Of a DNA stretch of 64,000 nucleotides, positions 39,463 to 50,681 are shown piece after piece (within the stretch, counting starts at the first letter, position 1; each line of letters begins with the position of its first letter). Below the pieces are notes generated by a model, which saw nothing but the letters and a program-made list of their open reading frames with translations, was not told where the DNA came from and made no database searches. The DNA is from Paraspadella gotoi (Eukaryota > Animalia > Chaetognatha): positions 24,168,411-24,232,410 of the forward strand of contig CM119266.1 of NCBI GenBank assembly GCA_051294375.1. The letters are read 5' to 3'. A program made the position numbers and the translations under genes.

Positions 39463-40495
39463 CTTCTTTACCTCTCTATGCATCAATTAAAGTGTTTTCC
39501 AGGGCACAGGTGGACGCGTTTATTGCTTTAAAGTAATAAGAGTCTTTAGAAACGTTTCACAGTTAGATTTGTGACAAGATAATTGGAATGAAAGTGGTGT
39601 TACTTTTTTTTTAATTGTTGTCACTTGTTTAGTAAACTTTAAACGTTTAGTCGTCATAAGATTGCGGAACATCGTGCAATTGAATTAAAATTTCTGTATT
39701 TGACTTCATTGTAGGAAAATAAGAAATGAATACGACTTATCACCAAAAGAAATTAGACTTTATTTTCCTTCTTTATTTTCATTCAGCGAATTTGTCGAAT
39801 TCGCTTTCAGTTTTCCATGGCAACCATCGATAGGATTCCCTAATTGAATGGCTTGTACCCATCTCATCGGAATATTTGATCCACTCAGTATCGAAGACGA
39901 CGATGACGACGAAGGCGACGACAAAGACGATGACGAAGACGACGACGATGTAAGAGTGACCACGATGACGAAAACGACGACGAAGATAATGATGATGATG
40001 ACGACGACGTCTCGAGCCTCAAGGGAAAATTGGTTTCGCGGTCGAACGAACGATGAGTGACGAAAATTTATGAGCCAGACTTTTTTTAGCTCTAATAGGA
40101 TGTCACGATCGGGCAGTTCGACTTACAGGGTAAACAGTCAGAGAATAAGGTTCACGTGTTTATTAGACAATATTGAGCTGAAGATTATGAAATTGGTACA
40201 ACCAATATAAAAATTATCCATTCATTTAATAATTAAGCTATCTTGCCCCTGACTTTGGACAGGCTTTTGTGGTTTAAGGCCTCCATCACTCTTACAAGAT
40301 AATGACATAGCATGTCCCTGCCAGCTTTCAATCAAGACTCTCTCACAGTCTCGCTTATTCACTCCCAGAGTACCTGGCTTCCTTATATTTTTTTTAGTCT
40401 TCCTTATATTCACGTAACTCATTGCGGCCATAATTTAAGTATATCGCTTTGGTTTAGAAATCTATTATACTCAACGATTACATCGTCATCTGTAA

Positions 40496-40690
40496 ATCAC
40501 CACGAGATCACTTCAAGATTACCACTCTATCACTACTAGGTCACCACGAGATCACCACTCGATCACTACTAGGTCACCGCGATATTTCCCAATCGCCACT
40601 CGATCGGCTCTCGATTGTTTTGTGTTCGTCTTTCGATCGCCTTCTTTTCGCCCCTCGATCGTCCTAATTTCGCCCCTCGATCGTCATCGT
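40496..40690. repeat. Degenerate minisatellite (CACGAGATCAC / TCACTACTAGGTCACC / TTCGCCCCTCGATCGTC units)
   Basis: TCACTACTAGGTCACC, CACCACGAGATCAC and TTTCGCCCCTCGATCGTC each occur twice in close succession. Confidence 0.75.
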
Positions 40691-40919
40691 CCCTTTCTTA
40701 TCCTCGCCATCTCAGAGGGCGTCAATGATTTCAGACCACAAAAGGATTACATGGGATTAACGTCGGAATCGCTAGAGATTAACATTGGGATTACATCGGA
40801 TTATCTCCAGATTAAGTCCGAAAGATCACCACTTTTTTTAATGAATTTTCTGAGTGTAAAAAAAACTGGGAAAGAGAAGGTTGACCGACGTTACCATTGA
40901 CCCATTGACCAATATAATC

Positions 40920-40973
<54 letters not shown>

Positions 40974-41261
40974 CATCCGCCTCACTAATTGTGTCTGTTT
41001 TTTTTTCGAGAAAACTAAACGCTTGTTTTAGAATATTCAATTTTTTATTCATAAAAATATTTATTGAGTAGTGTTAAATATTTTTAGATATTTTTTTTGG
41101 AAATACTTTACTGTTTAATTTTTATTTATGTTTTTTCTCATTTTTTTTTCTCTTTCATAGTTTCTATTTCTTTCTCTTTTTTGATTTGCTTCTTTATTTC
41201 TCTGTATTTTTTCTTTCTGTATTTTTTTGGTTCTTTTTTTCTTTTTTTCTTTTTTTCTTTT

Positions 41262-41263
41262 TT

Positions 41264-41323
<60 letters not shown>
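41262..41323. repeat. (TTTC)n microsatellite
   Basis: Perfect tetranucleotide run. Confidence 0.97.
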
Positions 41324-41428
41324 ATGCTTTCTTTCGATTTCTGCGTCCGATTTTGAAGCGACGTGCATCACTGGTCACGTGACTTTTATGACTCTCGCTC
41401 CCTCTCTGCTTTTGCTCTCTGTCACGGG

Positions 41429-41528
<100 letters not shown>

Positions 41529-41919
41529 ACAAAAAGGGTTAAGCGAAAACCATAGGGAGTCTGCCTTGTGAGAGCAAAGAAAACTTTGAATGGAGGGGGA
41601 AATACTTTGAAATGTTTCTTTGATGAGTTTCGAAGCGCCGTCTAAAAACCGACTGAAAGAATGGGGAAAAAATTTTTTTGAAAAAAAAAATCAGTGGGTA
41701 TAAGAGTAGAGTGGGGGGTGTGGTGGGGGGGGAGGCTCGGTTAGGGGTGAGTTGATAGAAAGGGGCAGGAGATTGAGCTAAAAAAAAAGGTGAAAAACCC
41801 GTAAAAGTCTAAAGGTCCGATGATGACGGTGACGGTGACGACTGCCGAGATTCGTCATTGTTTTGAACGTCGTCGTCGTCGTCGTTCTCATCGTCGTGGT
41901 TTTTGTCTTCGTCGTCATC

Positions 41920-41984
41920 TTTTTTTTCGGGTCCGATTATAGCAGAATCAGACTCTATAATCCACCTTATCGGTCTGTCGGTCC
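41920..41984. mobile_element. Possible terminus of a short non-autonomous Helentron/DINE-1-like element
   Basis: T-run, then an imperfect hairpin GGGTCCGATT-ATAGCAG-AATCAGACTC, then TATAA and a GGTC/TGTC microsatellite. This is the T-run + palindrome + tetranucleotide layout of HINE/DINE-1-like repeats, recognised by structure only. Confidence 0.35.
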
Positions 41985-42114
41985 ACCCCCTAAATCAGTC
42001 ACTTTAATTAACACACTTACTTCAATAGTTTATCGATATTCTTATCTTTATTAACATTTTTTTCTGTATTTATTTTTTTTATTTCCGTCGGGGGGGGGGG
42101 AAAGAAAGAAAAAA

Positions 42115-43089
42115 ATGGGTTTAATTCTTGTTTTTTCCATGGTCTTCTTTGTCGTCATCACCAATGGATTATATTCACGCAGCATGTCTGAAGAAAATCA
42201 GCTCTATCTTGATTTTCATAACTATTACAGAACCAGACTTAACCCTCCCCCCGTGTCCGATCTGCCCAAAGTGAGTAAACTTGAAAAAAAAAATCTCTCA
42301 ATTCACATTCACAATGTTTCTTTGTAACATTTCTCCAAGATGACTTGGAACAATACGTTGGAGAAGATAGCGTCGGTCTGGGCTGAGAGGTGTAATTACG
42401 AACACTCACCTGAAAGTTTGGTGGAGGAAGTTACGGGCGTCAAAGGATGGGTGGGCGAAAATTTATGGATGGGGACCATCGATAGAATCGACCCTAAAAA
42501 GGCAGTCCATGCTTGGTATATTGAGGTCAATGATTACGACTACTGCGATAACACATGCAAACCAGGCAGAGTGTGCGGACATTACACTCAGGTGAAGCCT
42601 ATGCTGTGCTCTTTTTTATAATTACCTTTTTTCTACACCCTGCCTCTCCTTAAATCGGATTACATCATAAACAACAACCAAACAACAACTACATTTTTCC
42701 TGCGTAGGTTGTTTGGGCTAGGTCAACGTCAGTAGGCTGCGCCAAGCAGACCTGTTTTAAAGGGAGCGCTATTAACAGAGATTTTGGCGTGTGCATGTAT
42801 TACCCGGGAGGAAACTATAACGGTGAGGAGAGTTCGGGAGTGGAAAAAGCAGGTGGAGGTTAGCAATGGGTACTAAGGTAGTAGGGCGAACATTTAAACA
42901 AAGCGGAGGAGTTAGTGAAGAAAGTTTAAAATGTCAACGAGAGCATTAATAATGTAATGTATATCAATGGTATAAACTTAATTTTAAGGCCTCCACCCGT
43001 ACAATATTGCTGATTTCGATGCATATTGCAAAGGAAAGGACGGAAAGAAGGAAGACGACTCCATCTCTTTGAACTCGGAAATGGTTTAA
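42115..43089 (+). CDS. Secreted CAP/SCP-superfamily protein (PR-1/PI16/GLIPR1-like), 4 exons: 42115-42270, 42340-42591, 42708-42822, 42989-43089 (207 aa in the shortest model)
   Basis: Hydrophobic signal peptide MGLILVFSMVFFVVITNG. CAP motifs HNYYR, MTWNNTLEKIASVWAERC, GENL, WYIEVNDYDY, CKPGRVCGHYTQ|VVWARSTSVGCA and VCMYYPGGNYNG|LHPY. Three GT-AG introns (69, 116 and 166 nt; phases 0, 0, 1) join the motifs in frame. TAA at 43087-43089. Confidence 0.93.
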
Positions 43090-43223
43090 GACGTCATCCA
43101 TGAATGACAAATCATTTTATATTTGACTTATGTTTAAGAAACTGTTCCTTATTAAAATTAGGGGGTTACTTTTTGTACTATAAAATTAGTACAAGTCATA
43201 TATTAGACTAAATTTACCTTTAG

Positions 43224-43298
43224 TTTGATGGAAAGAATGATGTAATGATGGATGACGATCCTAACATCTTAAAATCCATCTCCTCAAAGCTGGAAAAG
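43224..43298 (+). CDS. Candidate extra 75-nt exon of the CAP gene (FDGKNDVMMDDDPNILKSISSKLEK)
   Basis: Flanked by TTTACCTTTAG and AAG|GTTAGA, phase 0/0, open frame. DNA and peptide resemble the end of exon 4 (DGKKEDDSISLNSEM). It needs the weak donor ATG|GTTTAA at 43084. Confidence 0.45.
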
Positions 43299-46200
43299 GT
43301 TAGAAGATTTGAGTTAAGTATTAAAATAAGAATTTAACTGAGGAATAAAGGAACAGAAATTGGGAGTTTTGGGAAAGAGAACCAATTTTTTTAAAGGGGT
43401 TCTTTTTATATCTATTTTATTTGATATTAGCTAATTTTAATTAGATCTGTACCGGAATATATGGAGGATATATAGAGGATTGGGATCAAGTACAGATAGC
43501 GCAAATTAGAGAAAGGTTTTCAATTAATTTTTTTATTTTCTAATTTTTGATTTTTTTATTTTCCAGCCTTGTCACTTCTCATTCACCTGTTTCATTTTCA
43601 CTTTTGTCCAATTGATGACGAGCTTTTGAAGACGAAGAATAAATAATACAGTTGCTCTATAGAAGCTGCAGTCAAAATACCACAGCAAGCATGCCCAATG
43701 CAATGTCAATGACGAACTTTTAATAACCAAACTAAAATTTTATTTTGGTTTTTATCTGAGCTTCAATAATAAAAACGGTGTTGCATTTAACTTTTAACTT
43801 TTAATTTTTAGAAAGTTAAATAGGACTAAGCTCTGACTAACAAAGCCAGAGGTTTTTTTAATATATTCTTATACCGGCCAAGGTAAAATGATGGCAATAT
43901 TGTTAATATTAAGTTTCAAAAAAGTCCGACAATAAATATAGAAAATATTAACCAAAATCTTAGGAAAATCCACCCTTTCTTTGGAAGATTTTCGCCAAAG
44001 AAGATTTTTCCCAAATCTGACTCCCGGTTGAAAACTCTAAGAATTCCGATCTTTAGCTCCTCTTTTACTTTTACTTCAAATAAAAATTTCACCGAAGTGG
44101 ACTAATTCACTTTCCCATGATCGTATCATATCAAAATAACCAAATAAAATGTAAAGAAAAATTTTGAGAGCCCTTCAAACACTTTGCCAAAGGATTCCAA
44201 AATTAGACGTCATTTGTTGAACAGGAACATACCTCAGTCACGTTTATATCGTTTTCAAGGAAAAAAATCCCTTTCATTTCTATATAAAATCAGAGATGGA
44301 AAATTTTTCCATCCAGAAGCAGTCTATTTGTTCTGGCTTGTTTGATATCAAGATGTTGATTTGACAAGAGAAAAAAATGCGAGCCCTTCAGATACAACAG
44401 GTTCGGAATCAAGTGTTTTTACATCGATTTTTTACCGGAATTTTTCCCAGGAACGTTTATATTGTTTGGTAGTCAGATTTGAACGAAAATCTCTATTGAA
44501 AATATCTTCCTTGATCTCTAAAAACGACGTCAGCTTCTAAGTTAAAAGAATGTAATTTGACAGTCAAAAATGAACTTAGTCTAAGAGATGTTAAGAACGA
44601 TGTTGATAAATAGGGAAGATTTCTGAATTATGATTTTTTTCTATAAAAACTTCGACCTTTTGGTTTTTTTTCCTTTTTTCACAACAGCAATCGATGACTA
44701 AATATTGGATGGATTTTTTCATTTTTTTATAAAAATACCAAATCACATTCTGTGAATTGTTAATATCGATAAAATTTTTGTAGTCAAAAGATTTTTTCAG
44801 GGTAAAAAGTTATTTTTAAGATATGCAATTAATATTATATTATATAATATTATTAAAATTTAAAAAAGATTTTTAAACAATATCCTCGAGAGTAAAAGAA
44901 AGAATAAAAGTAAGAGAAAGCCTGATAAATGCTGAGTCGACTTATTTTGACTTATCAGCAGATGAGTGGATTATAGCTAATAGCTACAACTTTTCGTGGG
45001 CAGACCCGACATTGTTTTTTCAAACTTGTTTTTATTTCATTAATTAGACTTTGCAAATGAATTGCAAATACACCTGCCCTCTTCGTTGTTGTTCGAAGGT
45101 CATAGTTAAAGATTTCGTCACCCTCGATATGGATATTATCAGCCTATGAAATATCTTAATCCTTATAGTGGATGTCTGTTTTCATTATCGAAGTTGCGTG
45201 TAGTTCGCAGAAGTCATCGTCGTCGTCGTCGTCGTCGATGAAAGTGAAGTGACACAAAAACTTTTCCCTTTGATCCTCATGCGACGAACTAATTCGTGAA
45301 TGCGATCGCGAGTGTGAATGCTCGTCGCGCGCCCGGTGGCCAAAAATCTATTTTAATCGCGATAAATTTCTCGTTTACATTCAAACAAAAGGCCCACTTG
45401 AAAAAGGAGCGGAGTGAATGCTTAAGAATTAATGAATGAGAGAAAATGAATGCTGGTCCAGTTAGAATAGAATTTTACCCTCGATAAATCTCTCGTTTTG
45501 AATCTATAAATGTGACTTCGTGAATCGAAAGTGAATCGAAAGTGAGAGAGCGAGTTTCTATTTTTAGTCAAAAGGTTTGATTTGCGAGAGAAGTAGATTG
45601 AAAATATCAAAATTATCTCATTAACTTCAAACCATAGTTTTTCTTCTCGGAATTATCGAGCGTATTTATACGTGACATTTAATTGATGAATTTATTTTAA
45701 ATCGTTTACTTATGATAAATTTTAAAACCCTTTAACTATTTAAATATATCTTGTTAGTTTCTTGACTCTACAAGAAAAACCTTGATGAAGTAATTTGAAG
45801 TCTTTATAGAATGTGAGAAATGTTTCAAATACCATATTCATTTCAATTTGCAATGAATCCTCGCTGCAATTGTTTGAGGCTTCTCACATCACGACTTAAG
45901 TTGTGGTTTGGTTCCATAAGATGTCACTCTTTCCGATTGTGAGAGCTCACATTCAGGTTTTCACCATAGAAAACAAAACAACAGCGTTTTTTTATATCAA
46001 GGTGGCCAAATGATGAGTAAAGCATAAAATGTATAAAGGGTAGGAATATCCTAATAGGCGAGCATCAGTCAGTGTAATTATTATAATCAATCTCATTGAA
46101 AATCATTCACAAATGTGATGGACTATATAATGGATGAAAAGAAGGGTGAAAAAGTAAAAATTTATTCAGTAAAAAATTTTAAATTAAAATTTTTGAACTG

Positions 46201-46407
46201 TATAGATTATTAATTTAAAATAAAGGAATTGAAAAAATTAATAATATAAATATTTTCTTTGGTTGACAGTTTTTGAAACGGAAAAAAAATTCGCGTGAAA
46301 TAGGAAATCGTAGAACAACTTAAACTTTAAATCGTTAAAGTTTGCCCTTGCTGAAATATTTATCATTCCCCTAAATAGAGAGAGAGAGAGAGAGAGAGAG
46401 AAGAGAG

Positions 46408-46444
<37 letters not shown>

Positions 46445-46539
46445 CAGTCAGGGAAGAATAAATTGTTGTCCATCCTCCGATTAGAAGACTTGTCAGGAAC
46501 CACTTTTCAAACTCCCACTCGAAATAAAGAGAGAGGAGA

Positions 46540-46620
<81 letters not shown>

Positions 46621-47495
46621 GAGAGAGAATCCTGTTGCATCCATTAACCGCGCTCGATCTCGTCGTCATCATCGTCGTCGTCATCGTCGTCGGTGGTGTC
46701 GGCGAAGGGCCAGAGAGAGAAAAGATAAATGGGTGAGGGACAGCCGCCGATTTGTCACGAGTCCTTCGGCGTCTGTGAAGTCCGACTCAGTCAAAGCCAC
46801 GCCGACTCTCCCGCCAAAAGGGCCCCACTCGTCACGTCCTGTCACGTCCCGTCACGTCCGCCCGCTTTTAAAATAAAAAGGGGGGGGAGGACGAGACTTG
46901 TCACGTGAGCGATGCCGTGTCTAGACGGAATATTCCGTGTCTGAGTGGCGGGAGGGAAAGGACGGGATGGGAGGAGGTGGGGAAAAAATGGGGAATTCTC
47001 TTAACGTCTTCTCAAATTTAATGGTCTGTTTTTCCCCGTTTTTAGCTTTTTAGATTTACCTTATTGTCCAAATATTCCTCCGTTTGTTTACGTATTTTAC
47101 TGTTTTTATTTGCTTTCTGTTTGTTTTGTTTTGTTTTTTTTTTGTTGCATTTTTTAAAAACTTTATTCTTTGTTTAACCAATTATCTCAGATCTTTTAAA
47201 CATTTCTATGTCGAATCACATTGGTTTTCGTTTTTCGTCGCGTCGATTCAAGAGAGGATCGAGAGAGAAATGGGAATCTTTGACTTGATAAACTATCTCT
47301 GATGGACGAGCGGATTTAAACGGAGCGATGGACGGACAGACAAATGGACCGCTTTGTCGGGGTGACACCGAATCCGACAACCTCCCTCCGCTAATGAACG
47401 CCGAAAGAGAATCGGCCATCGCCAGAGTTAAAATCGCATTCGTCATTCTCTTAATAATTAATTGAAAAAGATTTATTTTATCTTCTTGTCGTCCG

Positions 47496-47578
<83 letters not shown>

Positions 47579-49558
47579 TAATTTTTAACCGTGCAGTGTA
47601 GTTTAAAGCTGAATTTATTTATGTGACTATATAAATAATTTTACAACATAACTTTTTTAAAAGTCCAGTAAAAATCTGGTTCTAATTACTCTTCAATTTG
47701 ATTCCAGCGTTATTGTTAAAAGTTAATTTGAATTTATGACATTTTAAATTTCAAGATCTCCAGTCGTGAGAAAGAAAGCGAAGATGTCTCGATGGCTCTT
47801 TTCAATTAAAAGTAAAAAAAGGGGGAAAAAATTTAAGAAATTTAGAATTTCGTAATGTCAGAAAAGGAGATAGTTTTTATGTAAAAGATTATGTGAATAT
47901 ATAATTAGATAAAAAATATTTTAAAAAATTAATACATAGTGGACAAATTAAACAAGCAACTTTCAAATCCAAAAATACTAAATAAAATAAAATACATCAT
48001 ACATAAATCTTTCTTGAAATTGAATAAAATAATAAAGCGCGAAAAAAAATGTTAGATCGAAGATATATTCTATTAATTCTAGTTTGACCAGCATAACAAT
48101 AATCATTTACATCTGTACGGCTGACCCTCGTCCGAAGTTCCGATATTCCCACCGTAAATCGCAGTCTTTGTAGATCCACGGAAAACCGCCGCTGCCCTAG
48201 TTTGACCGAGACAAAAATTGAAGAATTTAGAATTCGACGAATTACGTTTTAAGCGAATTTTCAAATATCAACAGTTTAGATGACAAGAAAGGAAGTGAGA
48301 ATAAAAGTAATTTAGGGAATGTTAAGCCGAAGATCGTTTGGTGAATATGAATAAAGTCAAATCGATTGTCGACGTCCGACGAAAAAATAGCTCGAGGACA
48401 TCCTTCGCATCCCCCGAAAGATCGTTTCTCTTCCACTTGCTAGGGGGCAAAAGTCAGTTTCTTCGCCCCCCTCGTTCCCACTCCCCCTTTCTCCCCCACG
48501 ATTTCCCAGGGTCATCGAGTGGAAAGTCGGCGTAAAATCGATTCGATCCAAGAACCGAAGTCAATTTACGACGAGACCGGTCAAGACTCAATGTCCGCCG
48601 CGTCTGACAAAATAATTCGACCGCCGACCGCCCGATTCCGATTCCCCCGTTTTTTTCCGGCCCGATTTCACTCTTCTCCATCCGGCTCGAACTATCTTTC
48701 TCCTTTTTTTTCCCCCCTCCCATCTTCCCTATAAATTAATAGAGGAAGAAGATAGTTATCGTTACGCGTAATTGTAAATAAACGAGGGGCGTCTGTTTCC
48801 CGTCTGCGAACTCCTTGTTTACATTTTTAGCCTTTTGCTCTTTAATGCGCGATGGGTCCGATCTTAAAAACTAGGGGGACCTTTCCCGTCAAACGGTGAA
48901 TTTTATCGCGAGTTAATTCAATTAGGGAAGAAGCATTTTAAGAAACCGGTTTAAGAGATGGAAGGGGGGGGACTATATGTGACTTTTTTAAGTGAATGAA
49001 GTTTAAAATCGACGTAATAAGGAAGGGAAGAAATTAAATGAGTCCAAGATGTATAATTTTTAAAAAAATGTTTGAAGAAGAAAAAAATGGTTGAGATTGT
49101 TAATTATTTAAACTAGCAAACAAATTATAAAAAAAGCAAATTAGGTTTTCCCTTTCCGATGTTCCTCTGTTTTAAAACTAAAACTATAAAATATATTTAT
49201 TGAAAAAAAACTTCATCATTTTCTCAAAGTCAATTTTTTTTTCATCTTGAATCTGTGAAATTGTACCGCAAAAAAAAAAAAAAAATCAGACGCGTTCTTC
49301 TTTTTTTTCTTCTTTTTTTCTATCGATTGTATAACTTTTGTCGTAATCACGGTTCCTCTCGATTTTCTGCCCGCAGCGGGCAGAGAGTCGCGGCCGTTTC
49401 ATCTCCGCGCCCAAAAGTTATGTCCTTCGCTTCGCCTTCGGACCCGAAAATTATGTTCTTCTCCGCGGTTTCGTCGTCTTATCGTCCGCCTTTGAAAACT
49501 CATAATTTCCGAGCGGAGGCAGACCTGATCGTTTATCACGGAAAATGCCCAGAGTTGG

Positions 49559-49630
<72 letters not shown>

Positions 49631-49855
49631 ATCTGCGAGTGGATGAGCACCCAATCACTCGACGACCACTCTCATTTTTTAAAACAGTAATTCTTAAAAA
49701 TCTTATTTTTTTTAAAATAACTACCATCCAATTTCAGTTTAAAATTCCTGGGAATCGACGAGCTTTTTAAAGACCCATTTAGTGGGTTAAATCCCAAACT
49801 ACCCACGTCGCATTCTATTAATTTGATGTTACATTCTTACATTCTTAGAATATTT

Positions 49856-50040
49856 CTCATACCACTCATACCACTTCCAGTCACCTCTCTGACAATTATC
49901 ACCAACCTAACACTCTCACCGCTCTCATTACTCTTACCTCTTTCACTCTCTTACCACTCTCACCGCTCTCCAACTCTCCCACTCTACATCTGCACTTCTC
50001 ACCACTCTCCCATCCACCACTCCAACACTCTCACCCACCC
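49856..50040. repeat. Degenerate 9-bp tandem repeat (ACCACTCTC)n; copy at ~58513-58705
   Basis: Units accactctc/accattctc/accgctctc/attactctt. It explains the RVVRVV and GESGES pseudo-ORFs. Confidence 0.85.
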
Positions 50041-50649
50041 AATTCTCATAAACAACTTCGTCGATTCTCGACGCTCATTCGTCCATCTCCTTCGATCCTT
50101 CGGTTCGCCAAACACCAATCACCCTCTCTCCACCCACCCCCCCCAAAAAAAAGAAAAGACTACAATAACAACAACAACAAAAGACGTAAACTTCTGTCCG
50201 TCTCTAAAAACAGGAAACGGCGACTGGACTGAGGAGACGAAGAGAAATTAATGACTTTTTTCATTTCCGACGAAACTCGATATTCCACTTTCCATTTTCT
50301 ATTTTTCTATTTTCTATTTTCCATTTTTTTACTTTTCCGCAGTTGTTGTTGATTGCTGTTGGTTGATGATGCTCGAGGAATGGTTGACGATGTAACGATG
50401 ACGATGATCAAAAACCGGTTAATAAGTTATAACTAGTGGCTGTAAGCCTCAGCGGGCGTTAACTTTATGTTTCCTTCTTTGTTTCGAATTGTTCTTTATC
50501 GATTCGAGTTGGACTCGCTTTTTGCGGTCGTCACACGAGAATCTCCAAACTTTAACCTCGCGAAACTCTCTCTCTCTTGCTCTCTCCTCTCTCTCTCTCT
50601 CTCTCTTCTCGTCTCTCTCCTCTCTTCTCTCTCTCTTCCTGTCTCATCG

Positions 50650-50681
<32 letters not shown>

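Noticed and set aside
40111-40132. Minus strand reads TACCCTGTAAGTCGAACTGCCC, sharing the first 9 nt with miR-10, which is expected in Hox clusters
   Set aside because: By eye neither flank pairs with it to form a pre-miRNA hairpin, and the 3' half diverges. At most it is a plus-strand 8-mer seed match (ACAGGGTA). RNAfold and small-RNA reads would settle it.
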